From an uncultured virus (IMG/VR IMGVR_UViG_3300046009_005595) (lineage: Duplodnaviria; Heunggongvirae; Uroviricota; Caudoviricetes), in the IMG/VR virus record IMGVR_UViG_3300046009_005595, positions 62,001-126,000 of that record: a stretch of DNA of 64,000 nt, one strand, 5' to 3'. The notes beneath the pieces were generated by a model. It did no database searches, was not told the origin of the DNA, and worked only from the letters and a program-made list of their open reading frames with translations. A program made the position numbers and the translations under genes. Positions 1 to 9,832 of the stretch are shown piece after piece (positions within the stretch are counted from its first letter, which is position 1; every line of letters starts with the position of its first letter).

Positions 1-1092
1 GCAGTTAATTCATTCACTAGAGCTAATACAGCATTAAATAATGCATTAGGAGCATTCAATGCTGCTAATAATGAACCAATAGCTAAGTCAGCATTTTCTT
101 CTGCTAATACAGCATTAAATAATGCATTAGGATCATTCAATGCTGCTAATAATGAACCAATAGCTAAGTCTGCATTTGCTCAAGCTAATATTGCATATGG
201 ACAAGCTAATACAAAAGTATATGCTTTTTATCAAAACACAGCACCATCATCTTCTAATTCTCATGATATTTGGATACACAATGATACTGGTGTTGTTTAT
301 GAAAATTTTGGAAATACTACTTATCCAGTTTGGGCTGAATTTGGTCCAACAGGAGTCACATCTACTGGTGGAATCACTACATTAAATAATCAATTATATA
401 TAAATTACACTCCACAAACAACAGTAAATGCTGCAATACACATTACTGCAGCTAATACGCTAGGTGGTGCTGGATATGCAGACGTACTAAAATTTACAAA
501 TATTTCTGGTGGTGCAACTAATCCAAATAAATTTATTCGTGTAAATATTACAGGTGGTCTTGAAATAATCGATTCAACTTACCTTAATAATATTTTTACT
601 ATTAGTAATGCTGGTAATATATCTTCTAAAGGAACAATAACTCCAGGAGCATATTCACCAGGTCAAGTTATAAAAGATACTATGTTATCGAATAGTGAGG
701 TTACTGTTGTTTCTACTACAATTGCACCATCAGGTTCAAATGTAAACTTTATCACATACAACTACACTCCAGTTAGTTCATCAAGTTATTTGGTTGTTCA
801 TGTTCACATATCAAGATACGAACCGCAAGGCACTACCGATGATAGTTGGTTCTCAATATTATTAGTAGATGGAGCCGAAATTTCATATAATTGGCAAATG
901 GTGAATGATAATGGTACTGGAACAAGTGGTCGTTCTGGTGTATTATTCCCAATAACAGGAAGATATACAAACTCAAGTACCTCAACTAAACAGATTCAAG
1001 TAGCTGCTCGTAGAGATACTGCTGATGATAGCATTATTATTACTAATTCAGCATCAGGAATTTGGTTACGCATTACAGAAATAGCAAGATGA
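1..1092 (+). CDS. Tail fibre-like/virion structural protein, 5'-truncated (starts before the window)
   Basis: Frame 1 is open from base 1 (AVNSFTRANTALNNALGAFNAANNEPIAKSAF...) into the listed 682..1092 ORF. It has the same Ala/Asn repeats as the next gene and a beta-rich C-terminal domain. Confidence 0.75.
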   Translation, partial: AVNSFTRANTALNNALGAFNAANNEPIAKSAFSSANTALNNALGSFNAANNEPIAKSAFAQANIAYGQANTKVYAFYQNTAPSSSNSHDIWIHNDTGVVYENFGNTTYPVWAEFGPTGVTSTGGITTLNNQLYINYTPQTTVNAAIHITAANTLGGAGYADVLKFTNISGGATNPNKFIRVNITGGLEIIDSTYLNNIFTISNAGNISSKGTITPGAYSPGQVIKDTMLSNSEVTVVSTTIAPSGSNVNFITYNYTPVSSSSYLVVHVHISRYEPQGTTDDSWFSILLVDGAEISYNWQMVNDNGTGTSGRSGVLFPITGRYTNSSTSTKQIQVAARRDTADDSIIITNSASGIWLRITEIAR

Positions 1093-1128
1093 ACTTAATT
1101 TATATAAAATAATAAAGAGTAATTAGAT

Positions 1129-4100
1129 ATGGCAATAAATTTTCCAATAAATCCACAAATAAATGACGTATTTATAGTAGGCTCCAAATCTTGGAGTTGG
1201 AATGGATATGCTTGGGATTTAGTAGTAGCTAATACTTCAACATTAACATTAAATATTCAGTCTGCATTTGAAGCAGCTAATAATGCAAATATGGATGCAG
1301 ATTCTGCATTCTTTGTTGCTAATAATGCACCTAAAGCATGGAATAGTGCAAACAATGCATACACAAATGCTAATACTGGTATATTATATGCACAATCAGC
1401 ATTTAATAAAGCTAATTCTGCTGGTAATGATGCTGTTAATTCTTATACACAAGCTAACACTGCACTAAACAACGCATTAGGTGCGTTCACTGCTGCAAAT
1501 AATGAACCAATAGCTAAGTCTGCATTTGCTCAAGCTAACACTGCACTAAACAACGCATTAGGATCATTTAATAAAGCTAACTCTGCTGGTAATGATGCTG
1601 TTAATGCTTACATACAAGCTAATACTGCATTAAATAATGCATTAAGTGCATTCAATTCTGCTAATAATGCTAATCTGGATGCAGACTCAGCATTTAATAA
1701 AGCTAATTCTGCTGGTAATGATGCTGTAAACTCATTTATTAGAGCTAATACTGGCGTTAACAATTCATTATCAGCATTTATACAAGCTAATACTGCATAT
1801 AATACAGCTAATATTGGGGTTAATAATTCATTATCAGCATTTATACAAGCTAATACTGCATTAAATAATGCATTAGGATCATTCAATAAAGCTAATTCTG
1901 CTGGTAACGATGCTGTTAATGCATTTATTAGAGCTAATACCGCAATCAATAACGCATTAGGTGCATTTAATCTAGCTAATAATGCTAATCTGGATGCAGA
2001 CTCTGCATTTAATAAAGCTAACTCTGCTGGTAATGATGCAGTTAATGCTTACATACAAGCTAACACTGGTGTTAACAATTCATTATCAGCATTCATACAA
2101 GCTAATACTACATATAATACAGCTAACATTGGAGTTAACAATTCATTATCAGCATTCACACAAGCTAATACTGCATTAAATAATGCATTAGGAGCATTCA
2201 ATAAAGCTAACTCTGCTGGCAACGATGCTGTTAATTCATTCAGTAGAGCTAATACATCATTAAATAACGCACTAGGAGCATTTAATCAGGCAAATTCTGC
2301 TGGTAATGATGCTGTTAATTCATTCAGTAGAGCTAATACTGCATTAAATAATGCATTAGGAGCATTTAATCAAGCTAATACTGCATTAAATAATGCATTA
2401 GGTGCATTCAACAAAGCAAACTCTGCTGGTAACGATGCAGTCAATGCTTATATAAAAGCAAATACAGTAACTAACTATTTACCTCTTTCTGGAGGAACTT
2501 TAACTGGGAGAGTAGTTCAATCTAGTTCTGGATTTGTTCCTGCATCTAAAGATATAATATACACTAGAATAGATTCTGGATTTTGGCAAACTTCTAATGC
2601 TAATATTAGTACAGGATGGCCCGAAACTACTTCAAGTTGGTATCATTTATTAACTTCTACTCATAGTAATGATGGTAATTATTACTCGATGCAATTTGCT
2701 GGTAATTTTTATAATAGTAATAGTATTTACTATAGAGCTACAAATGGAGATGGAAATACAACATGGCATAAAATTTGGCACTCAGGTAATGATGGTTCAG
2801 GTTCTTCGTTAGATGCAGATTTTTTAGATGGACAACAAGGTTCTTATTATACTGGATTGTCTGATACTTCCACATTATATGCACAGTCTGCATTTAATAA
2901 AGCAAACTCTGCTGGAAATGATGCTGTTAATGCATTTATTAGAGCTAATACCGCAATCAATAACGCATTAGGTGCATTTAATCTAGCTAATAATGCTAAT
3001 CTGGATGCAGACTCTGCATTTAACAAAGCAAACTCTGCTGGAAATGATGCTGTTAATGCATTTATTAGAGCTAATACCGCAATCAATAACGCATTAGGTG
3101 CATTTAATCTAGCTAATACAGCATTAACTACTTCAAACTACACTTCTTATGCAGCGCAAGGTGTTGGTTCTGTAGGAACCAGTGATTTAAATACCATAAC
3201 AATATCTGGTATGTATCGATTTGACGTTCCTTCTGCAAACGGACCAGGTGTTAATTATGGTCAAATGTTGGTTATGCATGGGGCAGGTGACACTATTACA
3301 CAAATTGTGGGAGACTATAGTTCTGGTAGTTTATATACAAGAAGCGGTAATCCACCAAATGTTAGTGGAGCAGGATCATGGTCATCTTGGAGAAGAGTAT
3401 TAGATGCAGTAAATTATACCAGTTATGTAATACCATCAACTGGAGGAACATTCTCTGGTCCTTTAATTATAAGCACATCTTCATCTTCAGATGCCCTTAG
3501 AATCACACAAACAGGTTCAGGTAATGCATTAGTAGTTGAAGATAGTTCGAATCCTGATTCTTCTCCTTTTATTATATCTAACGCAGGGTCTGTATTAAGT
3601 GGGACAACAACTAAACGCTCTGTAGGTGATGGTTTTCAAACAGTCGTATCAAATGATATTTTTATTGAACATGATTCTAATGGGCTTACTCCGTTTACCG
3701 CTGTTCTTAATAGAAATGATACTAATGGATTGAGGTTTATCTTTGGTAAAAGCCGAGGGACAACTGTAGGTTCCAACACAATAGTCCAAAATAATGATTC
3801 ATTAGGTGAATTAATATGGGCTGGTGCTGACGGGACTTCCTTAACTTCAGTAGCAGCCAAAATTGGTGCTGAAGTGGACGGAACTCCTGGGACTAACAAC
3901 ATGCCAGGTCGTCTGGTGTTCAGGACTACGGCTAATGGTTCTTCTACTCCTACCGAAAGAATGAGAATTGATAGTACTGGAAATACTGGTATCGGAACAA
4001 CTTCTCCTAGTACATGGGGCAAATTCGCTGTAGTAGGAACAAACTCTGGTGGTGCAGTAGTTGCAGCAATTGTAAACTCTTCAGGCACAGCAAACACTCA

Positions 4101-6723
4101 AAGTGTACTATCCTTTGATACTACCAATAATGGGTTTAATGTTAGAGATAGTCAAATACGAGCAACTAATAATGGTTCCAATCAAACTACACTAGAATTT
4201 TATACATCAAATGCTGGAACCCCAACAGAAAAGGTTCGTATCAACAATCTCGGTAACGTTGGTATCGGAACATCTTCTCCTGCATATAAACTAGATGTTG
4301 CAGGAACAGCCAATACTGGTGCATTGACAGTTAGTTCATTAAATATTACTGGTCCATCTGCTAACCAAATATTTTATGAAGGAACATCTGGTATTACTAG
4401 TTTTATTGCCGCACCAACACAGAATAATACATTCCTAAATTATCAAACTGGTACTGGATTCAGTTGGCAGTTAGCAAATAGTGCATCAGTTGGTAGTGCT
4501 AACGTTTCTGCATACCAAACAGTAACTAATGCAACCACTGGTACTTGGTATCCTGCTCTTTATAATGGTACTTCTGGTAATAGACAAGTCAATGCTAATA
4601 ACGCATTAAGTTTCAATAGTGCCACTGGTGCATTATCAGCAACATCATTTAATGCTTCGGGTATTACACAATCCACGTTTACTGATTCTTCAGGAGTATC
4701 TACCTCTAACCAAACACTAAAAATAGGTAATGGAACAAATTGGTTAGCATTCCAAGCAAATGCATCAGGAGGTTCATATAACGGCATAACAACCACTGGT
4801 GATGTTGCTTTATGGTTCAGTAATGGTTCTGGCACAAGTTCTAGTACACCGGGTAATTTAATTATTGCTCCTTGGGCTGGATTTAATTTTGGTTTAAGAT
4901 TAAACTCAGCAGCAAATACAGTTGCAATTACTGGGTCTATTACTTCCACTGCCAATATAACTGCATCTAGTGGAACTGTAACCGCATCCTCATTCTCTGG
5001 TGCTGGTACTGGATTGACCGGTACTGCTTCTAGTTTAACTGCTGGTTTGGCCACAAATATCGTAGGCGGTGATGCTAATCGAATACCTTATCAAACTGGT
5101 ACTAATACTACTGGATTTATTACCGCTCCAACACAAAATAATACTTTCTTAAATTATACCACTGGTGGTGGATTTAGTTGGCAGTTAGCAAATGGTGCAT
5201 CTGTCGGTAGTGCTAACGTTTCTGCATACCAAACAGTAACTAATGCGACTACAGGTACTTATTATCCTGCTCTTTATGATGGTACTTCTGGTAATAGACA
5301 AGTATACGCAAATAGTGCATTTGTATTTAATGTATCTACTGGACAAATGGGTATTGGTGGAGCACCAAGCGGCAGTGTAGGAAGGTTGATAGTATCAGAA
5401 AGCATTACTCCATTAGGTGCAAATACTGGAGCTTATATACCAATTTCCACAGAGTTACATTCTGCTGGCTCAAATTTTGTATATAATACCAGATGGAGAT
5501 TAAGAAAAGCCAATACATCTACTAGTTGGACAACTCAAGCATTACATGATGGTGTTTGGGTTGATGCATCATTTACTATTCCTGGTTCAACAACAAAAAC
5601 TTGGTGGGAAAGATATCCAAACCAAGGTTCTCAGAGTTGGGGTGATGGTGCAACTACAGGAATGACTTTAAGTAGTGCTGGTGCATTAACTACCACCAGT
5701 TCAGTAACAGCTTCTTCATTCTCTGGTGCTGGTACTGGCTTAACTGGTACTGCTTCTAGTTTGAATATTGGTGGAAATGCTGGTGGAAATGCTACTAGTT
5801 CTCGTTCTGTTGGTGGGTGGGATGGAACATCATACAGATCACCTGGCTTTGTAATGGGAACTTCTGGAGGTAGAACTGTTGATTTAACTCCAAATACTTA
5901 TAGTTATGGATTAACGACAGAATTTAAAAGTTCCTCTACTTTTAGTTCAACAGGTAATTATAGTGGGTTAATAACATATGCTCCATGGGATAGCACAACT
6001 GCATCTACTGGAGACCCAAGTTATCAACTACTATTCTCACCATCTGCTGCAAATTCTACAACAAATCCTGTATTAAAATTAAGAGCAGGGATTAATACTA
6101 CATGGGGTTCTTGGAATACTATTTTACATAGTGGTAATTACTCAAATTATATTGTTTCTACATTTAACAAAGCAAACTCTGCTGGTAATGATGCTGTTAA
6201 TTCATTCATTATAGCTAACACTGCAATAAATAATGCATTAGGTGCATTCAATAAAGCTAACTCTGGTCCAACTTTAACAGATGATACTTCTACAAATGCT
6301 AATAGACCTTTAGTTTTTACTAGTAATACAAATGGACAAGCATTTAATTCTGTTTTCATAAACTCAACAGAATTATATACAAATCCTAGTACAGGTACTT
6401 TATTTGCTACTATATTTTCTTCCCTATCAGATGAATCTCAAAAAGATAATATAAGTCCATTACAAAATTCATCAGAAATTGTAAACAAAATGAACCCTGT
6501 TTCATTTAATTGGAAAAAGACAGGAAAGAAATCATATGGTGTTATTGCTCAAGAAATTGAAAAAATACTACCTGATATAGTTCATGAAAATGATGGTATA
6601 AAATCTGTAGAGTATGATTCTTTGATAGCATTCTTAATTAAATCTATTCAAGAATTATCTGAAGATTTAAATGAAACTAAATCAAGACTTTTAGAATTAG
6701 AAAAAAATAATATAAATAATTAA
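1129..6723 (+). CDS. Long tail fibre-like protein (1864 aa) with C-terminal intramolecular chaperone (peptidase S74-like)
   Basis: Ala/Asn 14-aa repeats; LDADFLDGQQGSYY and ERMRIDSTGNTGIGTTSP fibre motifs; knob-like DLNTITISGMYRF segment; C-terminal SDESQKDNI...YGVIAQEIEKILPDIV...LIKSIQEL chaperone signature. Confidence 0.85.
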   Translation: MAINFPINPQINDVFIVGSKSWSWNGYAWDLVVANTSTLTLNIQSAFEAANNANMDADSAFFVANNAPKAWNSANNAYTNANTGILYAQSAFNKANSAGNDAVNSYTQANTALNNALGAFTAANNEPIAKSAFAQANTALNNALGSFNKANSAGNDAVNAYIQANTALNNALSAFNSANNANLDADSAFNKANSAGNDAVNSFIRANTGVNNSLSAFIQANTAYNTANIGVNNSLSAFIQANTALNNALGSFNKANSAGNDAVNAFIRANTAINNALGAFNLANNANLDADSAFNKANSAGNDAVNAYIQANTGVNNSLSAFIQANTTYNTANIGVNNSLSAFTQANTALNNALGAFNKANSAGNDAVNSFSRANTSLNNALGAFNQANSAGNDAVNSFSRANTALNNALGAFNQANTALNNALGAFNKANSAGNDAVNAYIKANTVTNYLPLSGGTLTGRVVQSSSGFVPASKDIIYTRIDSGFWQTSNANISTGWPETTSSWYHLLTSTHSNDGNYYSMQFAGNFYNSNSIYYRATNGDGNTTWHKIWHSGNDGSGSSLDADFLDGQQGSYYTGLSDTSTLYAQSAFNKANSAGNDAVNAFIRANTAINNALGAFNLANNANLDADSAFNKANSAGNDAVNAFIRANTAINNALGAFNLANTALTTSNYTSYAAQGVGSVGTSDLNTITISGMYRFDVPSANGPGVNYGQMLVMHGAGDTITQIVGDYSSGSLYTRSGNPPNVSGAGSWSSWRRVLDAVNYTSYVIPSTGGTFSGPLIISTSSSSDALRITQTGSGNALVVEDSSNPDSSPFIISNAGSVLSGTTTKRSVGDGFQTVVSNDIFIEHDSNGLTPFTAVLNRNDTNGLRFIFGKSRGTTVGSNTIVQNNDSLGELIWAGADGTSLTSVAAKIGAEVDGTPGTNNMPGRLVFRTTANGSSTPTERMRIDSTGNTGIGTTSPSTWGKFAVVGTNSGGAVVAAIVNSSGTANTQSVLSFDTTNNGFNVRDSQIRATNNGSNQTTLEFYTSNAGTPTEKVRINNLGNVGIGTSSPAYKLDVAGTANTGALTVSSLNITGPSANQIFYEGTSGITSFIAAPTQNNTFLNYQTGTGFSWQLANSASVGSANVSAYQTVTNATTGTWYPALYNGTSGNRQVNANNALSFNSATGALSATSFNASGITQSTFTDSSGVSTSNQTLKIGNGTNWLAFQANASGGSYNGITTTGDVALWFSNGSGTSSSTPGNLIIAPWAGFNFGLRLNSAANTVAITGSITSTANITASSGTVTASSFSGAGTGLTGTASSLTAGLATNIVGGDANRIPYQTGTNTTGFITAPTQNNTFLNYTTGGGFSWQLANGASVGSANVSAYQTVTNATTGTYYPALYDGTSGNRQVYANSAFVFNVSTGQMGIGGAPSGSVGRLIVSESITPLGANTGAYIPISTELHSAGSNFVYNTRWRLRKANTSTSWTTQALHDGVWVDASFTIPGSTTKTWWERYPNQGSQSWGDGATTGMTLSSAGALTTTSSVTASSFSGAGTGLTGTASSLNIGGNAGGNATSSRSVGGWDGTSYRSPGFVMGTSGGRTVDLTPNTYSYGLTTEFKSSSTFSSTGNYSGLITYAPWDSTTASTGDPSYQLLFSPSAANSTTNPVLKLRAGINTTWGSWNTILHSGNYSNYIVSTFNKANSAGNDAVNSFIIANTAINNALGAFNKANSGPTLTDDTSTNANRPLVFTSNTNGQAFNSVFINSTELYTNPSTGTLFATIFSSLSDESQKDNISPLQNSSEIVNKMNPVSFNWKKTGKKSYGVIAQEIEKILPDIVHENDGIKSVEYDSLIAFLIKSIQELSEDLNETKSRLLELEKNNINN
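1261..2463 (+). repeat. Array of imperfect 42-nt (14-aa) coding repeats AFNKANSAGNDAVN / SFIRANTALNNALG
   Basis: Visible in DNA (aataaagctaa[c/t]tctgctggtaa[c/t]gatgc...) and protein. More copies at ~1-210, ~2881-3120 and ~6163-6262. Confidence 0.95.
4400..5310 (+). repeat. Internal duplication of ~65 aa in the fibre (copies ~4400-4590 and ~5115-5310)
   Basis: FI[A/T]APTQNNTFLNY...FSWQLAN[S/G]ASVGSANVSAYQTVTNATTGT[W/Y]YPALY[N/D]GTSGNRQV occurs twice, with near-identical DNA. Confidence 0.9.
6711..6718 (+). promoter_or_regulatory. T4-type late promoter TATAAATA upstream of gp13
   Basis: Exact gp55 consensus just upstream of the ATG at 6747. Confidence 0.75.
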
Positions 6724-6746
6724 TTAATCAAACTAAATAAAAGATC

Positions 6747-7493
6747 ATGGCTAAACCTAACTCAAGAGAAGAATTAAAAGATTATTGTTTAAGAAGACTA
6801 GGATTTCCTGTAATAGATATAAATGTTTCTGAAGATCAATTACAAGATCGTATTGATGAAGCTATTTCTTTCTGGTCGGATTATCATTATGATGCTGTTA
6901 AAAAAGTATATTGGGTTAAAGGAATAACAGCAGAAGATGTAGAAAATAGATATTTTTCAGTTCCAGATTCTATAATAGGTATTACTAGAATATTCCCATT
7001 AGTTAATACATTTAATCAAACTAATATGTGGGATCTTAGATATCAATTAAGATTAAATGAACTATGGGATTTTACTAGTGCTAGTTATATAAATTATACC
7101 ATGACTATGCAACATTTAAGAACTTTAGAATTATTATTCACTGGAGAAGTTCCTATACGTTTTAATAGACATGAAAATAGATTATATATAGATTTTGGGT
7201 GGGGAACAGGACAAGCTCCTGAAGGACAAATTGTAGTTTCTGAAGGGTATGAATTAATTGATTCTTCACAATTTACTGATGTTTGGAATGATAGATGGTT
7301 ACTTAGATATACCACATGTTTATTTAAAAGACAATGGGGAGAAAATCTAAGAAAATATGGAAACATAAGTTTACCTGGTGGAATTGTATTAAATGGAGAA
7401 ACTTTATATCAAGATGCTATTAGAGAGATAGATCAATTAGAAAAAGATATGGAAAATGACTATTCAATTCCATGTGAATTTATGATGGGGTAA
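6747..7493 (+). CDS. gp13: Neck protein
   Basis: N-terminal REELKDYCLRRLGFPVIDINV and C-terminal KYGNISLPGGIVLNG motifs; T4 synteny 13-14-15-16-17. Confidence 0.93.
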   Translation: MAKPNSREELKDYCLRRLGFPVIDINVSEDQLQDRIDEAISFWSDYHYDAVKKVYWVKGITAEDVENRYFSVPDSIIGITRIFPLVNTFNQTNMWDLRYQLRLNELWDFTSASYINYTMTMQHLRTLELLFTGEVPIRFNRHENRLYIDFGWGTGQAPEGQIVVSEGYELIDSSQFTDVWNDRWLLRYTTCLFKRQWGENLRKYGNISLPGGIVLNGETLYQDAIREIDQLEKDMENDYSIPCEFMMG

Positions 7494-7498
7494 AAAAT

Positions 7499-8398
7499 AT
7501 GGCAACATCTAGTTTTTTTACTTCATATAATTCTCATAATGAACAATCACTATTAGAATCTCTTTTAACAGAAGCTATTAAAATTCAAGGATTTGATGGA
7601 TATTACATCCTGATGGAGGATGATTCTCCTGATTTAGTATATGGCGATAATCCATTAAGAAAATTTAAAGATTCATATTCAATAGAAATGTATTTATCAA
7701 ATTCAATAGATCCAGGATTGAGTAATGAATTTTTTAGTAAATTTGGGCTTGAAATAAAAAATAATACTAAGGTACAAATATCTGCAAGATCTTTTTATGA
7801 TCTTGTTCCAACTTCAATTAGAATTAGACCACAAGAAGGAGATTTAATATACATACCTTGGGCTTCTGGATTAGGTGAATTATATGAAATTAAATTTGTT
7901 AATGACACTTCTGATAAATACCAATTGGGAAGAAGAATGCCTTATCTTTATGAACTAGAATTAGAAGCATTTAAATATTCACATGAACAAATTGAAACTG
8001 GAATTGAAGAGATTGATATTGTTAATGATGAAGAAGCATACTCTATAAATCTACAAATGTCTCAATTTGCAATTGATTCTGGATTATATGGTGGAGTGTA
8101 TCAATATGGAGAAATAGTATTCCAAGGATCTTCATTATTAACTGCTAACTGTACAGCATCTGTTGCATTCTGGGATGATTCTAATAATAAATTAAAAGTA
8201 ACTAATATAGTTGGAGAATTTGTAGTTAATGTTCCTATAGTTGGATCAGAATCAGAAACCTCTTTCAATTTAGTATCATATGATGATTTAGATAATCCTA
8301 CTAGCAGATCAGAATGGGATAATGTTCATATCAGAAGTGAAGAAACAGAAGTGTTAAATACTAGCGAATCAAACCCTTTCGGTTCTTTAGGAGGATAA
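7499..8398 (+). CDS. gp14: Neck protein
   Basis: EQSLLESLLTEAIKIQG, FFSKFGLEI, RPQEGDLIY and terminal ESNPFG motifs; synteny. Confidence 0.92.
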   Translation: MATSSFFTSYNSHNEQSLLESLLTEAIKIQGFDGYYILMEDDSPDLVYGDNPLRKFKDSYSIEMYLSNSIDPGLSNEFFSKFGLEIKNNTKVQISARSFYDLVPTSIRIRPQEGDLIYIPWASGLGELYEIKFVNDTSDKYQLGRRMPYLYELELEAFKYSHEQIETGIEEIDIVNDEEAYSINLQMSQFAIDSGLYGGVYQYGEIVFQGSSLLTANCTASVAFWDDSNNKLKVTNIVGEFVVNVPIVGSESETSFNLVSYDDLDNPTSRSEWDNVHIRSEETEVLNTSESNPFGSLGG

Positions 8399-8399
8399 T

Positions 8400-9371
8400 T
8401 TGTCTAACAACCCAACATCTTATTTTCAAATAATAAGAAAAATGTCTGTTGCTTTTGCTGGTCTATTTAAAAATATAACAATAATAAGATCTAATCCTGA
8501 TTTAACAGCAGATAAAATAGAAGATCAAAGATTTATAGTACCTATTGAATATGCTGATAAAGAAAAATATACCAAAAGATTACTAGGAGATCCAGATTTA
8601 CAAAAAAAGATTCAAATTATTCTTCCTAGATTATCTTATGAATTCTTGGGACTTGAATATGATTCTTCTAGAAAATTAAACACTAATAATAAGAATTATG
8701 CTGTTAATCCAAATTCTGCAGAGTCTGTACTAAGTCAATATAATCCTGTTCCATATAATTTTAATTATCAATTAACAGCATATGCAAGAACTATAGAAGA
8801 TGCAACTCAAATAGTAGAACAGATATTACCTTATTTTACTCCAGATTTTAGTATAAAACTTAATTTAGTACAAGAAATGGGAATTGTTAAAACCGTTCCT
8901 ATATTATTAGATAGAGTAGTACCTTCAATTGAATCAGAAGGATCTTTTGATTCTGAAGTTCGTGTTGTTATGTTTACTTTTGATTTTACCATAAAATCAT
9001 TTATATTTGGTGGAATAAAAACAGAAAATACAATTCAACAAGCTAATGTAAGTATTAGTAGTTCAAATAATAATTTTGTATCTGGTAGTTGTGATTCATT
9101 ACCAACAAAATCATTTATAGTATTAAATACTGGATCTGGTGATTATAAAATAGGAGAAATAGTATATCAAGGATATAATTTAGAAAATGCTATAGGAACT
9201 GCTGAAGTTAGCTATTGGAATAAAGCTAATAATATAATAACTTTATCTAGAATAAATGGAACTATAAAAATTGGACAAACTATAGTAGGAACTAGTACAT
9301 TATCTACATATATGATAGATCATTCTTATGCAAATAATGAAACTTATTTTAATATAAACATAAAAGCATAA
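8400..9371 (+). CDS. gp15: Tail sheath stabiliser/terminator with C-terminal extension; probable TTG start
   Basis: VPIEYADKEKY, ILPRLSYE, PVPYNFNY, QIVEQILPYFTPDF motifs; GGAGG just before the TTG. Confidence 0.9.
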   Translation: MSNNPTSYFQIIRKMSVAFAGLFKNITIIRSNPDLTADKIEDQRFIVPIEYADKEKYTKRLLGDPDLQKKIQIILPRLSYEFLGLEYDSSRKLNTNNKNYAVNPNSAESVLSQYNPVPYNFNYQLTAYARTIEDATQIVEQILPYFTPDFSIKLNLVQEMGIVKTVPILLDRVVPSIESEGSFDSEVRVVMFTFDFTIKSFIFGGIKTENTIQQANVSISSSNNNFVSGSCDSLPTKSFIVLNTGSGDYKIGEIVYQGYNLENAIGTAEVSYWNKANNIITLSRINGTIKIGQTIVGTSTLSTYMIDHSYANNETYFNINIKA

Positions 9372-9385
9372 CCAAAGGATATATT

Positions 9386-9832
9386 ATGGGAACTAAATTT
9401 AATGAAAGAATGGAAGATTTTTTTGACATAAAAACTGAGGAATCAGAAAATTTACCTCAAATTATAGAAGAACCAAATAAAATTTTCTTCGGTGAACTAG
9501 ATGATGATTTAAAAAATGATTATGAAACTAGTAGAGAAAATTTAAATGAATTAATAGAAAAAGGAAAATCTGCTTTTGATGATATATTAACAATAGCAAG
9601 AGAAACTGAAAAAGGCAGAGACTTTGAAGTTGCTGCTACTATGTTAAAAACAGTACTTGAAGCTAATGAAAAGATGTTAGATATTCATAAAAAGATTAGA
9701 GAAATTTCTAACTATAAACAAAAAGAAGAAACTAAAACAAATATAAAAAATGCTATTTTTGTTGGATCTACAAAAGAGTTAGCAAAAATGGTTAAAGATA
9801 TAAATGAAAAAGATGTGATAGAAGGTAATTAA
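9386..9832 (+). CDS. gp16: Terminase small subunit
   Basis: DDLKNDYETSRENL, RDFEVAATMLK, NAIFVGSTKEL motifs; directly upstream of gp17. Confidence 0.9.
   Translation: MGTKFNERMEDFFDIKTEESENLPQIIEEPNKIFFGELDDDLKNDYETSRENLNELIEKGKSAFDDILTIARETEKGRDFEVAATMLKTVLEANEKMLDIHKKIREISNYKQKEETKTNIKNAIFVGSTKELAKMVKDINEKDVIEGN

Noticed and set aside
1261..3120. CRISPR array or DGR template/variable repeats
   Set aside because: The repeats are in-frame, degenerate at synonymous positions and lack unique spacers. No adenine-specific variation pattern, cas gene or reverse transcriptase is in the window.
1608..6359. Minus-strand ORFs (1608-1949, 2847-3086, 3636-4097, 4560-5054, 6147-6359) and short off-frame ORFs in the fibre gene
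   Set aside because: Shadow ORFs produced by the repetitive, biased codons of the real + strand gene. The same applies to the other short antisense ORFs over core genes.
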